A stretch of 64,000 bases of DNA from positions 3,843,489 to 3,907,488 of the forward strand of contig CM121342.1 in the NCBI GenBank assembly GCA_051530055.1, in the 5' to 3' direction. Below the pieces are notes generated by a model that saw only the letters and a list, made by a program, of their open reading frames with translations, made no database searches and had not been told where the DNA came from. How positions within the stretch are numbered: position 1 is the first letter of the stretch; each line of letters begins with the position of its first letter. Origin of the DNA: Neoechinorhynchus agilis (taxonomy: Eukaryota > Animalia > Acanthocephala). A program made the translations under genes and the position numbers. Positions 50,496 to 60,402 of the stretch are shown here, piece by piece.

Positions 50496-51427
50496 CTCCA
50501 TTTTCTCTTTTCTGACTGCTAGACATAGACTTCGTCAATATGTGATGGCAGCAGACTAAATCGTATTCGCCACATCTTACCTACGGGAGTGACCATGCAA
50601 GCGTGTAATTTCCTTAGGAATACAGAGTTTTGTTTGCGAAACCTCTTCGCCAATTTCAATTCTTATTTCGTTCGGACTTATTATTTGGTATCCTGGTGCA
50701 TGGAGCAACGTCTAATGAATCAAAATACTATTTAAATCAACTGAGAGCCTCAAAATTTAATGCTTAAACCTTATATCGTACTCTTGAAAAATATTGATTT
50801 TAAAGTATTGGCTTAATTGTTCGATTGTTCGGCCTTTTCGTTGTTCTTATTTTCAAGATAAATCTATTTCTGAATTGAAACTATAACAAGTTCTTTCACA
50901 AAAGTTGCGATGGGAATCGATCAAAAATTAATTATCCTGTACCAAAAAGCATTTTTTTGTAAGAATACGTAACTTAGACTCTCGGAGAAGCTTCATAATG
51001 CTCTAGAGGCGAAAATACATTTATGTTGGCATTATATTGAGACTTTTTGATTGGTTAATGGAATTTGAAATCTTCATTTACGGTAAATCAACCCGTATTT
51101 CGGACGGGTTTTTTTTCAAAAGACCGTTATCCTTAAACACCATTTCCGTCTAGATGACGTTTAAAAAGTTTCTCCATCTACGAAACATTTAAAATCCACA
51201 CTTTTACGATCATGACGGAAGTTCCCATGTTGTATATGACAAAACCAAGTGTTGAGAATGTTCGTCGCATAGCTTTCCTTCCCTCCTCTGCGCTGTTGCT
51301 TCGTCGCATGTTCATATCGATACACACGTCTTTTTGTAGCTTGTCAGGACGATTTTGGCCTTTTGATCCGGATTTGTAGCTTCTTTTTTGCTAGAATCCT
51401 CCCCCGTCCCCTTCAAAACTCACTAAG

Positions 51428-53096
51428 ATGAGTAAGTCGGATGAATCACCTAAACAAATGAAGAAAACGAAACCGACGACACAGGAAATCGATAAAAGCC
51501 AAATGGAAACAAGTGTATCGTCCGAACAAAACCGATTAACCGGACTTAATGCAGAGCTCGATGTGTATTTGAATGAAGTCAAACTACTCGAGCAGCAAAA
51601 TCAAAGTTTATCCCAAAAAATTGTGGATCTTAAAAGTATTGATATTTCTCAAGCCCAAACAATTCATTTTACTGATCAGCCAAAACTAAGCGAATTGCGA
51701 CAAACGTTAGATAAAAACGTAGCTAATCTCCAAGTGAGCAACTTGTTTCGAGAGGAATTCAATCGAAAAGCCGCAGAGTATAGACAGTTGATTAACGTTG
51801 AACTGAAAGCTGGACGAGAACTTGATGAATATAAAAGACAGATCGTTTTAAAGAGAATAGACTTACAAAATACTTGTGGATGGTTTCAAAGTGAAATTAA
51901 GAGTGCAATTGAGAGAAACTCTGGATTAGAGGATAATGTTCGTAGGCAGCAAAGTGAGGTAGATGATCTTGAAATTAAGTTCAGAAAGGCTGCTATTGAG
52001 AGAATTCGCGTTGAAGCCGAGTTGCAATCCATCAAAGAAGAAATAATTTTTTTTAATGAAAGGCTTTTCTGTAAAATGTTGTTAAATTTTCCAATTAATT
52101 TTTGAAAAGAATTAGTTTAAAAAGTCAATTTGCTTGGATGTTCTTGGTTAACGTAACTGTTGTAAATAACTACACTAAATTGCAGGAGAGCCTTTTTACA
52201 AAGCTCTGATTGAAGAGTTGAATGATTATATGAAGCGAATATCAGGTCGAAACTCTTTATTGAACGATATGGGCTATTACCGAGAACAATTGGAATTGAT
52301 AAAGATAAAGCTTCGACAGGATTTTGAACAAGTGAATCGTGTAGCAGGCAAGAGATTCTTAGAGGAGCATGAAAAGCGCATTGAATCTTTAAAAGAGATG
52401 CGGAATGCGATGGAACGGGACCAAGAGAGTGTTTTGGCCGCAAGACAAAAGCACGATACTGTTATAAATGAGTTGAACAATGCGAAAAAGGAGTTAGAGG
52501 ACGCGGTGAAACTAGGAAAGCAAATGGAGGATCAATTGCAAACTCTACAGAATGAGCATAATGACTATCAGGCTTTTAGAAGTTCAACAGTTGCTAGTTT
52601 AGACGTTCAAATTGCAGCTTTAAAAGAGCAAATCGCCAAAGTAATTATTGATAAAGACGAACAACGACAAGGAAACGATAACATAGAGTTTGAGCTACGA
52701 ACATACGCTCAACTTTTGAATTCAGAACGATCACGATTGCGTCGTTTATCAGGATTCGACGCTGAAAAGACTGCAAGGAACGAAGAAAAGGACGAATCGA
52801 TAATGAGTGTCAAAGGTGAAGAGCAAACAAGTGTAGAAGAAAAGGATTCTTCTTTTATTCAAACAGTTACAGTTACAAGAACCAAGACTCAAGATAATTT
52901 TGATGAAGTCATTTTGGATTGTAGATGTGGTGTTATAAATGTGGTTTCGTCGGACACATCTGAATTGATCCAATGTGCGGATTGTCAAGGTTGGTCTCAT
53001 TGTGCTTGTTATAATATTCGCAATCCGGGCGAACGGAAACGAAGACGATTCTATTGTCAACCTTGCTATAGACAAGCGAAACGAACTAGGATATGA
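51428..53096 (+). CDS. Long-coil-1b (lamin-length) intermediate-filament protein with a C-terminal PHD finger; proposed exons 51428-52051 and 52197-53096
   Basis: Rod start LNAELDVYLNEVKLLEQQN, rod end IEFELRTYAQLL, tail C-x-C..C-x2-C..H-x2-C..C-x2-C, and a basic patch RKRRR. Confidence 0.8.
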
Positions 53097-53206
53097 TTGT
53101 GCCATTTTAACTACAAAATAACAAAAAACTGAGCTTTTATTTTTACTGGCAAGCCGGTTTGTTTTCATTTCATCATTGAATATTTTTTTAGGCATAAAGC
53201 CAAACC

Positions 53207-54923
53207 TTGCGGGGTTAAAAGTTTGTACATTCCTCCGAATTCTCAGATACCTCCCGGAGAGAAGGCGGGACTCATCAGTGAGTTTCCTACTCCCTTCAAC
53301 GAGGTAGTTCGTCCCCTTTTGGTTGTGAGTGTCATCGGCGACCGCTGATGGGAGGAAACTCACTAATGAGTCCCGCCTCCTCCCCGGGAGGTATCTGAGA
53401 ATCCGGAGGAATGCCCATAATTGCGTCGAGGTGGTCAAGTGGATTAATGCCCGTGATCCCGATTAAGGGTCAACTGGTTCGAATCCGTTACCACCAATGA
53501 TGCACAACCAAAAGGGGACGAAATACCCCGTTGAAGGGAGGAGGAAACTCACTAATGAGTCCCGCCTCCTCCCCGGGAGGTATCTGAGAATCCGGAGGAA
53601 TGTCCATAATTGCGTCGAGGTGGTCAAGTGGATTAATGCCCGTGATCCCGATTAAGGGTCAACTGGTTCGAATCCGTTACCACCAATGATGCACAACCAA
53701 AAGGGGACGAAATACCCCGTTGAAGGGAGGAAACTCACTAATGAGTCCCGCCTCCTCCCCGGGAGGTATCTGAGAATCCGGAGGAATGTCCATAATTGCG
53801 TCGAGGTGGTCAAGTGGATTAATGCCCGTGATCCCGATTAAGGGTCAACTGGTTCGAATCCGTTACCACCAATGATGCACAACCAAAAGGGGACGAAATA
53901 CCCCGTTGAAGGGAGGAGGAAACTCACTAATGAGTCCCGCCTCCTCCCCGGGAGGTATCTGAGAATCCGGAGGAATGTCCATAATTGCGTCGAGGTGGTC
54001 AAGTGGATTAATGCCCGTGATCCCGATTAAGGGTCAACTGGTTCGAATCCGTTACCACCAATGATGCACAACCAAAAGGGGACGAAATACCCCGTTGAAG
54101 GGAGGAGGAAACTCACTAATGAGTCCCGCCTCCTCCCCGGGAGGTATCTGAGAATCCGGAGGAATGTCCATAATTGCGTCGAGGTGGTCAAGTGGATTAA
54201 TGCCCGTGATCCCGATTAAGGGTCAACTGGTTCGAATCCGTTACCACCAATGATGCACAACCAAAAGGGGACGAAATATCCCGTTGAAGGGAGGAGGAAA
54301 CTCACTAATGAGTCCCGCCTCCTCCCCGGAGGTATCTGAGAATCGGAGGAATGTCCATAATTGCGTCGAGGTGGTCAAGTGGATTAATGCCCGTGATCCC
54401 GATTAGGGTCAACTGGTTCGAATCCGTTACCACCAATGATGCACAACCAAAAGGGGACGAAAAATCCCGTTGAAGGGAGGAGGAACTCACTAATGAGTCC
54501 GCCTCCTCCCCGGGAGGTATCTGAGAATCCGGAGGAATGTCTAATTGCGTCGAGGTGGTCAAGTGGATTAAGCCCGTGATCCCGATTAAGGGTCAACTGG
54601 TTCGAATCCGTTACCACCAATGATGCACAACCAAAAGGGGACGAAATACCCCGTTGAAGGGAGGAAACTCACTAATGAGTCCCGCCTCCTCCCCGGGAGG
54701 TATCTGAGAATCCGGAGGAATGTCCATAATTGCGTCGAGGTGGTCAAGTGGATTAATGCCCGTGATCCCGATTAAGGGTCAACTGGTTCGAATCCGTTAC
54801 CACCAATGATGCACAACCAAAAGGGGACGAAATACCCCGTTGAAGGGAGGAAACTCACTGATGAGTCCCGCCTCCTGGAGGTATCTGAGAATCCGGAGGA
54901 ATGTACAAACTCTTAACCGTGCA
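53207..54923. mobile_element. Element bracketed by ~120-bp inverted terminal copies, containing ~9 tandem ~182-189-bp units with tRNA-derived Pol III boxes and hammerhead-like motifs (SINE/retrozyme-like)
   Basis: A box TGGTCAAGTGG (53432), B box GGTTCGAATCC (53476), GGGGACGAAATACC, CTCACT(A/G)ATGAGTCCC and GGTATCTGAG occur in every unit. 53207-53330 is the reverse complement of the right end. Confidence 0.75.
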
Positions 54924-55069
54924 TATCCTAAATCAAATTTTCGAGTCGCCCCGGACTTCTCTCTAGAGAGCGAGCGAGCGCAAATACACACGACATTCTG
55001 CTCGTCGAAGCGTGACTTCTCATTGTATTTTCCTGACTTTCCCCACCGTGAGATTTTGCCCTGATGTCA

Positions 55070-55500
55070 ATCTATTTATGGAAAGACGCGCCTCCTACAT
55101 GGCATATTCCGACGACATAGTATCGATGCCCTCAACAGTCGAAGAAGCTCAACGCATGCTAAATGGACTGTGCGAGAGGGAGAGTATGATTTGTCTGACC
55201 ATCAACTCGAAAAAGACGGAATTCTTGACGATTCCGCATGTCGCGAATACAGTCTCTGGCGAAGGGCCGAGTGGCGTTGGGCAATTGAAACAGATAGAGC
55301 GGTATTTCTATCTGGGAGCTGTCGTTCCTGAGGTGAGTGCGGATGTCAGCCGACGGAGAGCTATAGCTTGGAGAGCAATGGGGCAACTTAAACAACTGTT
55401 TGACAGTGAGTCTTTGCCAGATGAACTCCGTTCGCAGCTGTTCAGGACCCTAATTTAGAGCATTCTCTACTACAATGCAGAGACCTGGACACTGTCACCA
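55070..55500 (+). mobile_element. RTE-like LINE reverse transcriptase C-terminal fragment
   Basis: YSDD, LTINSKKTEFL, YFYLG, RAIAWRAMGQL and then, after a stop, SILYYNAETWTL. Confidence 0.8.
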
Positions 55501-55539
55501 ACGGCGAAGAGGCACGATTCCTCCCTTAATCCACCAACA

Positions 55540-57240
55540 GCAACGAACAATGCAACCGCAATCTCCCCCCGTTTTCCCGAAATCCAAAATTCCCTTCCCC
55601 ACCGTTTTCTACTCCAATACTCGTAGCTTCCTTCCCTAAACTAGATGAAATTTCACTCATTTCATCTACCTCAAAAGCCTACGTAGTCATCTTAACAGAA
55701 ACGTGGCTTACCCCCTTTAACAGCGATTCAGCCCTCCTTCCCGGGTACACTTCCTTCCATACATACCGCGAGTACCGTCCAGGAGGGGATCTCAATTTAC
55801 GTACGGAAATCGCTACCTTACTCTTTATCTCTCACAGGCTCTCTTCTAAACCCCGATTTAGAATTCATTGCAGTCCATTTCATAGCTCCTCTGAGTAACG
55901 GCCTTAGAGAATTCACCATTGCTGGCGTCTATCGCTCTCCGGCCTCTCGACCTGAGTCCTCCCTACTCCAAATCGACTCTATGATGGAGCTCATAAACTC
56001 CACAAATTCGCACCATTTCTTAATTGAAGGGGAATTCAATAATCTATTTCCTCTTCTACCCTTCTCTGAATTGCGTCAACTTATTGACTTCCCAACTCGT
56101 CTTGATGCTCACCTCGATAAAGTGTTCACAAATATCGACGCCTACTCATCCACCCTTCCTTGGCCATGTCCTCCCTAACATCAATCATAGAAAATTCCCT
56201 GGCTTCGGCAATTCCCAAGAAATTCATTAGGATCTCCACTCACGACCCTCCATGGATAACCCCCATTCTGAAACTTCTACAAAGGCGAGCCCATCGCAAT
56301 AACTCCCCAGACTCTCCCCGTTTACAAAATCACTTACTAACAAAATACTTATCGCCCAGAAAAACTTCCTTTCCTATAAAATTTTATCAGGTGGCAACTC
56401 AACATGGTGGCGGGTCGTCAAGGACTCTCTTGGTCTACGCCACCCGGATCCCTTCCCTAATTTGACTTCCACTGAATTAAAGCTGATTCTAGGTTCCATT
56501 AATCAGAACCTCTGCCCTCACTTAATTTACAATCACTGCTCAACATCAGTCTCCACCCCGCCGATATTCCCCTTAGTTTCATCATATGAAATACTAAAGT
56601 ATCTCATGAAATTACCCAAAAATTCGTCCTCTCAATCCGAAATCCTAAACTGGGCTCTTCGCTGCATCATTCCCGAACTTCTCGACCCTCTTAACACCAT
56701 TATAAACCTCAGCTTTTTATATGGCATCTGCCCCTCTTGCCTGAAAACTGCCAAAGTTATACTCGTTCCAAAAAAAGGGCATCCTATTTCGGCCAAAGCA
56801 TTCCGTCCAATTTCCATTTTACCCGCTCTTCCAAAAATAATCGAAAAATGTTTCAAATCTCGCCTTCTTTCACTTCACGAAAAGTTATCGCCCAATACAA
56901 TTTGGCTTTCGACCCAGATTTTCTGCAACCGATGCCCTACTTTGCATTTATGACACGCTTCTACGTAACGTCGGCAATAATTCCCTCCCGTGTCACCCGT
57001 CTCATTCAACTTTATTTATCCAAAGCTTTCGACTCGGTGGACCATTCATTCCTTCTCCGGGTCTGCTCCGATTTTGGTCTCAACTTGTGGAAGATTCGCT
57101 GGCTCGAATCTTATCTTTACAATCGCAAACAATACATTCACTGCCGTTCTACCTCCTCGATCAGCCTATTCCCCACCAATGGCGTACCTCAAGGTGCTGT
57201 GCTGTCACCACTTCTCTTTAATATTTTTCTCGTCCAAAAG
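55540..57240 (+). mobile_element. Decayed CR1/L2/Jockey-type LINE (AP endonuclease and RT), multiply frameshifted
   Basis: ILTETWL, R..GG, LIEGEFN, LDKVFTN, PPWITP, LKTAKVILVPKK, FRPISILPALPKIIEK, LSKAFDSVDH and GVPQGAVLSPLLF. Confidence 0.88.
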
Positions 57241-57244
57241 TTGA

Positions 57245-57540
57245 CACCTAACCGTCCAAAAGCAACTTGACCGTCCAAATTTAAATAAACCGACCCAAAG
57301 TAACAACCTAACCGTCCAAAAGTAGAAACTTAACCGCCTAAAAGCAACTTGACCGTCCAAATTTAAATAAACCGAACCAAAGTAACAACTTAACCGCCCA
57401 AAAGTAGAAACTTAACCGTCTAAAAGCGACGTGACCTTCCAAATTTAAATAAACCGACCCAAAGTAACAACCTAACCGTCCAAAAGTAGAAACTTAACCG
57501 TCCAAAAGCAACTTGACTGTCCAAATTGAAATAAACCGAC
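57245..57540. repeat. Minisatellite, ~84-bp unit built from AACCGTCCAAA sub-repeats, ~3.5 copies
   Basis: Periodic AACCGTCCAAAAG / GACCGTCCAAATTTAAATAAACCGA at the 3' end of the LINE remnant. Confidence 0.9.
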
Positions 57541-57720
57541 CCAAGAAGTATCCACAGATCGCAGTCAATCGACCATTGACCACTGAAAATTATCCGATCG
57601 CTTCGTCTGGTGAATCAGTACCTGGAATGGAATCGCGAATTAAAGTAGGATCTTTGCTAGGAGCCGAAGCAATCGAGATAAAAGCTCAACTGGCGATTCT
57701 ATATCTTTGGCCAAAAAGTA

Positions 57721-58314
57721 ATGAGTTCGGCGTCTCCAAGTGCAGCATTGATAAACTCTCCGCCGTACGATTTCGGTACAAATCCATGTGGAAATAACTG
57801 GTGGAATCAAAATTATCAATCAAGGTGGAATAAAAGTTACAAGGGATATGAAACACAAACATTGCCATCTCAGGAAGGGTTGAGCATTACTGGGATTCCT
57901 GCTCAGCCGAAGACTGAAGGAATGGAGCATAAATCGATATTCAAAGGTGCCGATGTGAAACCAAAGGTTTTATTTGACGACCACAGAACGACGAATTCAA
58001 GTTTCGATATCGAGTCAATTAAAACGACCGCGCTAGAGCTTACAGAAATAACAGCTACCGAATCTTTAAGAACGACCGATGTACCAATCGAGAAAATGGA
58101 AATTACGACTGAAGCTTCCAAGACGCCAACAGCCTTGGCACCTTGCCTTATTGCTCAAAATGGTTCAGTATCACGGAACTGGCATTGGTGCTTCTCCTTA
58201 GAGCTTATTTGCGTTCTTTGGTTCTTCTTTCAAATTTGTTTGGTTGGCAAACATTCGGTGAGGGTAATTCTGTTAGCTTTCATATTCATCTCGTTTCTTC
58301 ACCATGGAACTTAA
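57721..58314 (+). CDS. Hypothetical protein with a T/E-rich stalk and a hydrophobic C-terminus
   Basis: 197-aa ORF with a protein-like composition. The exon structure and start are uncertain. Confidence 0.35.
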   Translation: MSSASPSAALINSPPYDFGTNPCGNNWWNQNYQSRWNKSYKGYETQTLPSQEGLSITGIPAQPKTEGMEHKSIFKGADVKPKVLFDDHRTTNSSFDIESIKTTALELTEITATESLRTTDVPIEKMEITTEASKTPTALAPCLIAQNGSVSRNWHWCFSLELICVLWFFFQICLVGKHSVRVILLAFIFISFLHHGT

Positions 58315-60402
58315 TGATTCAGCTTTCTTCGTGTAGATACAAAAATCTAGTCCTTCGAACGGAGCTCCTTTTATGGGATTTAATAAAACTCCTTCACAAT
58401 TTCCACCATAAACAAACATAACGATAATAAACCGCAAGCAATAAATTATTTGTCTAGTTCAAAAGATTTCACTATTAATTTTGGACGAAGAATATTGCAC
58501 TGTTGTTCTATTTTATTTGCTGGTGGAAATGAGAAGAAAAAGTCCATAATACCCGAAACGTCGAATTTGGCATAGCGGTCCGTATTTACGCTTAACTTAT
58601 TCAGCATTAAAAAATAAAACATCGATTCTCGCTTTGAAATTAGCCAAATGCGATGCGCCTGAATGTTACGCAAAGAACATAATTATTTTAAGGTTTGAAC
58701 TGGCAAAAAAATTGAAAACGAAAACGTAAACGCTTATTTCTTGATTATTAGAATCTAAAAACGATTCCGAAGTTCTTCAAAAACGCATACGACGACTAAC
58801 AATAAGTTTAGAAAATAAAAAAAAGGATAATGCGTCCAAAATTCATATTTTTGAGAAGAAAGCAAGCGCAGAAAGTTTGAAAAGTTCACTAACAGTTAGT
58901 TTTCGACAACGATGTAAAGTCCGATAATGACAAAAAAACAATTGTTTTTTAGAGAACCTTGATTAAAATTGAATGATATTAATCAAGTACGATTCAGCAT
59001 TAAGGAAATTTAACAATAAGTTTTACAATAATAAAGGACAAAACGTGCAATCACCACCGTCCGCAAAATTGCAACTTCTCTCCGTACTCGGCTGTCGCTA
59101 TCACGCTAGCAGCATTGCCTCGTTATGTTAAGGAAATTTATACAGTTAAATATATCACCACTTTTCGTCGACATATCTTATTTCTTTAAAAAATACGGTC
59201 GATAGATTTAAGGAGAATTTTCTACAAAGTCAAAAAATGACCGAAGTCTTCTTCTTAGCAATGGACGGTAATGTGATCTTCTAATGATCGATCTTACAGC
59301 CTGATGCGAAATTTATGGACAATGGATGAAAGTGAAAACCATTAGACCGTATTAGAATTCAACAAATATTTGATCATAACGCTCTCATCCGTAGTTATTA
59401 CATTTATTTCCCTGTAAATAACGGGACTTTGAATCAAAATTCATTCGCGACTATGAAACTTTCAATAAAAAATAACAGATTTACCAGTCTTTTTTGCCGT
59501 AACATCAGCCAAAGAATAAAATAAACGTAATGATTGCTTTAACTGTACTGCTGAACATCTCTATTGACAATAAAATAATTAGCAGCACGCAAGTTTCTTG
59601 ATTATACAAATAGAAATGTAGATAAAAGCGAAGCAAACCGCTCGTGCGCTCATTGGTTGATTTTATCAGCTTTTAATAACGAAATACAACAAACGCCCCT
59701 TTAGCATTTGATCTGCATCGCTCTTTTCACAGCAGATAAATACTCAACGCAGCTTCTATCGAGAGAGTTTTCAATAAGTTACTGCTATAACTCGAAAACG
59801 AACTTCTGAAATCTCTTGATAAAAATTATTATATCTACAACATCAAATTACTTCAACTACTCAGGAAACTATTTAAATTTTATACAATATCAAGGGAACA
59901 TTCAACTATTTAAAATTACCTGAAATACTTAAAACGTAAGTAATATTATCGACATACAGGAAAACGATTTTGATAAAACGAGCACGACAAAAATTATTTC
60001 AAGTGCTAAAATTTCCGCATTTTATCTTTTTACCTTAATCGCGTTTTTGGTAGTGCCCTGAAGGGTGGAATTTTTTCATGTATAGAAATTCGTTCTCTAT
60101 AGAAAAAATTGACATAAGTTCATCAAAAAGTCTATTTTAATTATTTAGAACTAAATCAATGACCGGAAGTTGGTCTTATAAACAATAAAACTTGAACGAA
60201 ACTCCTGCTTTTTAAAATTTACTTTATTTAGCTTGATTAAGGTTTTAATTAGGTTTCCGTAATTAGCGCATTTTCTCACAAAGGCACTATAGAAAAAATT
60301 AATTAAGGGATACAATCACTTAATTTCAATAATTTTTCTCGTCGCTGCTGAAAGAGTTTACTTATACAATAACCGGTTATTTAATAACATTCCATTTTTA
60401 GA

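Noticed and set aside
53425-53496. Functional tRNA genes in the 187-bp array
   Set aside because: A and B boxes are present, but a 7-bp acceptor stem and a standard anticodon arm cannot be drawn. Treated as tRNA-derived.
52749-54991. Minus-strand ORFs (229, 85, 78 and 64 aa) across the GC-rich array
   Set aside because: They are by-products of the repeat and antisense overlap with the IF-PHD gene.
650-57540. CRISPR arrays
   Set aside because: Units repeat in full with no unique spacers, there are no cas genes, and the context is eukaryotic.
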